Positions 60,093-64,000 of a stretch of DNA of 64,000 nt are shown here, piece after piece. How positions within the stretch are numbered: the first letter of the stretch is position 1; every line of letters starts with the position of its first letter. A program made the translations under genes and the position numbers. The stretch is taken from NCBI RefSeq assembly GCF_913775355.1, contig NZ_CAJYIU010000041.1, forward strand, positions 1,503 to 65,502, in the 5' to 3' direction. The stretch is from an uncultured Aureimonas sp. GTDB taxonomy: Bacteria > Pseudomonadota > Alphaproteobacteria > Rhizobiales > Rhizobiaceae. The notes beneath the pieces are model-generated. The model made no database searches. It was not told the DNA's origin and saw only the letters and a program-made list of their open reading frames with translations.

Positions 60093-60219
60093 GGGACGGG
60101 CCTTTCGGGGTTGGGGCGCTCGCGCCGAATCGGTCGCGCGCAGCCCGAAAACAGGGACGGACACCGTATCCGTTCTACAAGCGAAAGTCTGAGCGCTTGT
60201 TTAAGTTGCATCCGCCCCG

Positions 60220-60636
60220 CTAGCGCACGATCCGGGCGCGGCGCGGCGGCGAGATCGGCCGCGTCACGCCGCTGTTGTTGATTACCGAACCGTCCGAGCG
60301 CGCGAAGTCGCCCGCCGTGTCCGAACCGATCGTCGCGCGCCCTTCCGCTGCGCGCAGGCGCGTCGAGGTGCCGTCGGCGTCGGGCCGCACGACGCGCGGG
60401 CGGAGATAGGAATTGTCGTAGTCGCGCCCGTACGTCCGCTCCTCCACCGTGTCGCCGAACACCGGCGCGTTCGGGATGGAGAGGGGGCGGGAGGGCGCGC
60501 GATAGCCGCCGATCGGGGCGCCCGACATCGATTGGCCGACGACGGAGCCCTGCGGGCCGGGATCGAAGGGCTGAGCAGTGGCCGGGACGGCGAGCGGCGC
60601 GGCGGCAGCGAGGGCGAGAAGCGATCGGACGATCAT
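60220..60636 (-). CDS. hypothetical exported protein
   Basis: Signal peptide MIVRSLLALAAAAPLAVPATA; co-oriented with 59583-60092. Confidence 0.65.
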   Translation of the reverse strand: MIVRSLLALAAAAPLAVPATAQPFDPGPQGSVVGQSMSGAPIGGYRAPSRPLSIPNAPVFGDTVEERTYGRDYDNSYLRPRVVRPDADGTSTRLRAAEGRATIGSDTAGDFARSDGSVINNSGVTRPISPPRRARIVR

Positions 60637-60769
60637 GTGAGGTCTCGTGTTCGAAAGGTGCAACGCACGAGGCGGGAAAAAAGCTCAAGGCCAAAGCGAC
60701 AGGAGGAAGACAAGGCGGCTCCGGGCGCTTAAGTCTTTTGCAGTGCAAACGCCCGACGCCGGAGGAGCC

Positions 60770-62482
<1,713 letters not shown>

Positions 62483-62491
62483 GCTTCCCGC

Positions 62492-62950
62492 ATGGCCAAG
62501 CCGCAGCCCGCCGACTTGCCGCTCTACGAGCGCGACTTCTACGCCTGGACCCAGGACCAGGCGGCGAAGCTGCGCGCGCGGGCGCACAACTCGATCGACT
62601 GGGACAACGCGGCTGAGGAACTGGAAAGTTTGGGCGACTCGCAGCGGAACGAGATCGAAAGCCGGATCAACGTCCTGTTGGTTCATCTCCTGAAATGGCG
62701 TTACCAGCCTGATCGCCGATCCGGCAGTTGGAAGGGCTCGATCGTCGAGCAGCGCAGCCGCCTGCAACGCCGAATCGCCAAGAGCCCGAGCCTGAAGCCC
62801 TACCCGGCCGAGGTTCTCGGCGACGAATACGCGCTGGCCCGGACACTCGCGGCGGCCGAAACCGATCTGCCCGACACCATCTTCCCGGTCGACTGTCCTT
62901 TCACGCTCGACGACATCCTCGATCCCACCTTCTACCCGGACGGCGAATGA
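62492..62950 (+). CDS. DUF29 family protein
   Basis: LYERDFYAW, IDWDNAAEELESLG, HLLKW, SPSLK, CPF. Confidence 0.85.
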   Translation: MAKPQPADLPLYERDFYAWTQDQAAKLRARAHNSIDWDNAAEELESLGDSQRNEIESRINVLLVHLLKWRYQPDRRSGSWKGSIVEQRSRLQRRIAKSPSLKPYPAEVLGDEYALARTLAAAETDLPDTIFPVDCPFTLDDILDPTFYPDGE

Positions 62951-63306
62951 AGAGGCTCCCGAAAGCGCTGGCGGCGCTTCTGGCGTCCGCTGCCGGCGCG
63001 CACGCCGATCCCCTGACGCTCGATCTACCGGGGACGCCGGAGCGCATGCGCTTTGCCTACGAGTGCTCCGACGGCGTGGCCCGCGTGGTCGAATACGTCA
63101 ACCTGCCCGACAACGACCTCGCGCTCGTCGAGGCGGGTCCGAGCCGGCGGCTGTTCGTCGGCGTGATCGCCGCGTCCGGCGCGAAATACGCGGCCGGCGG
63201 GCAGGTCTGGTGGTCGAAGGGCAGCGAGGCGAGCCTTCTCGACGTCACCAGGGGCGATGCGCCCGTTGCCGAATGCCAACAATCCAGGAAAGGGTCACGC
63301 GGTTGA
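62947..63306 (+). CDS. MliC family lysozyme inhibitor-like protein
   Basis: Signal peptide; YEC...ASGAKY...WWSKG...C pattern. Confidence 0.8.
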   Translation: MKRLPKALAALLASAAGAHADPLTLDLPGTPERMRFAYECSDGVARVVEYVNLPDNDLALVEAGPSRRLFVGVIAASGAKYAAGGQVWWSKGSEASLLDVTRGDAPVAECQQSRKGSRG

Positions 63307-63770
63307 TCGAGGCGGGAGAGATCCGGGAGCGCGGGCACTGGCAGGGGCCGGCCGATGACACGATCACGCTGGACGAGGCGCAGCGCCATCGCCGGCGGAT
63401 GGCGATGGTGTCGGACGGCGGCATTGCCTTCCTCCTCGACCTGCCGGAAGCGCGTCTCCTCGTCGAAGGCGATGCGATCGCCCTGTCCGACGGGCGTCTT
63501 GTCGAGGTGAAGGCGAAGCCCGAGCCGCTCCTGTCCGTGGGAGGCCGTGACGCCGACCATCTTCTCCAGATCGTCTGGCAGATCGGCAACCGGCATCTAC
63601 CCTGTCAGATCCGCGACGGGCGCATCCTCCTGCGCCGCGACCATGTCGTGGCGGACATGCTGAAGGGTCTCGGCGCCCACGTCCACGAGGTCGAGGCGGC
63701 CTTCGATCCCGTCGGCGGGGCCTATGCCGGCGGCCACCATCATGGGGGCCACCATCACGGCCATGACTGA
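63273..63770 (+). CDS. ureE: urease accessory protein UreE
   Basis: RHRRR, WQIGNRHLP, His-rich C-terminus HHHGGHHHGHD; start uncertain. Confidence 0.92.
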   Translation: MPTIQERVTRLIEAGEIRERGHWQGPADDTITLDEAQRHRRRMAMVSDGGIAFLLDLPEARLLVEGDAIALSDGRLVEVKAKPEPLLSVGGRDADHLLQIVWQIGNRHLPCQIRDGRILLRRDHVVADMLKGLGAHVHEVEAAFDPVGGAYAGGHHHGGHHHGHD

Positions 63771-64000
63771 CGGAGCGCCTTCGGGCGAGCGGACCGGGCT
63801 GGATGGGCTCCTGAAGCTCCAGACCTGGCTGTCGCCAGCCTTTCCGATCGGTGCCTTCGGCTATTCCCACGGGTTGGAGGCTGCGATCGCGGACGGCCTC
63901 CTGCGGACGGGCACGGATTGCGAAGCGTGGATCGCGACGCTTCTCCAGCATGGAAGCGGCTGGAACGACCTCGTGCTCCTCGCGGCGGCCTACCGGGCCG
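63763..64000 (+). CDS. ureF: urease accessory protein UreF (partial)
   Basis: LQTWLSPAFPIGAFGYSHGLE; runs off window end. Confidence 0.92.
   Translation, partial: MTDGAPSGERTGLDGLLKLQTWLSPAFPIGAFGYSHGLEAAIADGLLRTGTDCEAWIATLLQHGSGWNDLVLLAAAYRA

Overview
High-GC alphaproteobacterial chromosome segment. Gene content points to Hyphomicrobiales (pdhS-like kinase next to a phasin, tRNA-His without G-1, CtrA/Irr/EcfG-type motifs); an Aureimonas-like host is a guess. The window holds about 60 genes. Core genes: AsmA, Fe3+ ABC, PdhS-like kinase, phasin, tRNA-His, efp/epmA/epmB, pncB, fpr, ggt, urease ureD-A-B-C-E-F. Catabolic modules: a LysR-ALDH-FeADH-GST-GST-SnoaL operon, a TIM-barrel/Gfo-Idh sugar ABC operon, and a polyol ABC-SDR-DhaK/DhaL operon. 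No integrase, transposase or CRISPR array was seen. Most notable: (1) a tightly coupled Wadjet/MksBEF-like JetA-JetB-JetC SMC operon (33148-38669) with intact ATPase motifs but no adjacent JetD nuclease; (2) a non-coding three-hairpin anti-Shine-Dalgarno (CCUCC-loop, cuckoo/alpha-r14-like) sRNA on the minus strand at about 48340-48445; (3) a SorC-type regulator fused to a DhaK domain with its own DhaL partner, facing a tandem operator; (4) a degenerate MfnB-like domain fused to FolB next to an MfnE-like kinase; (5) a 51-aa DUF1127-like protein below the ORF-track cutoff; (6) several EcfG-type stress promoters; (7) a urease cluster interrupted by secreted small proteins, DUF29 and MliC. Family assignments come from motif recognition by eye, not database searches.
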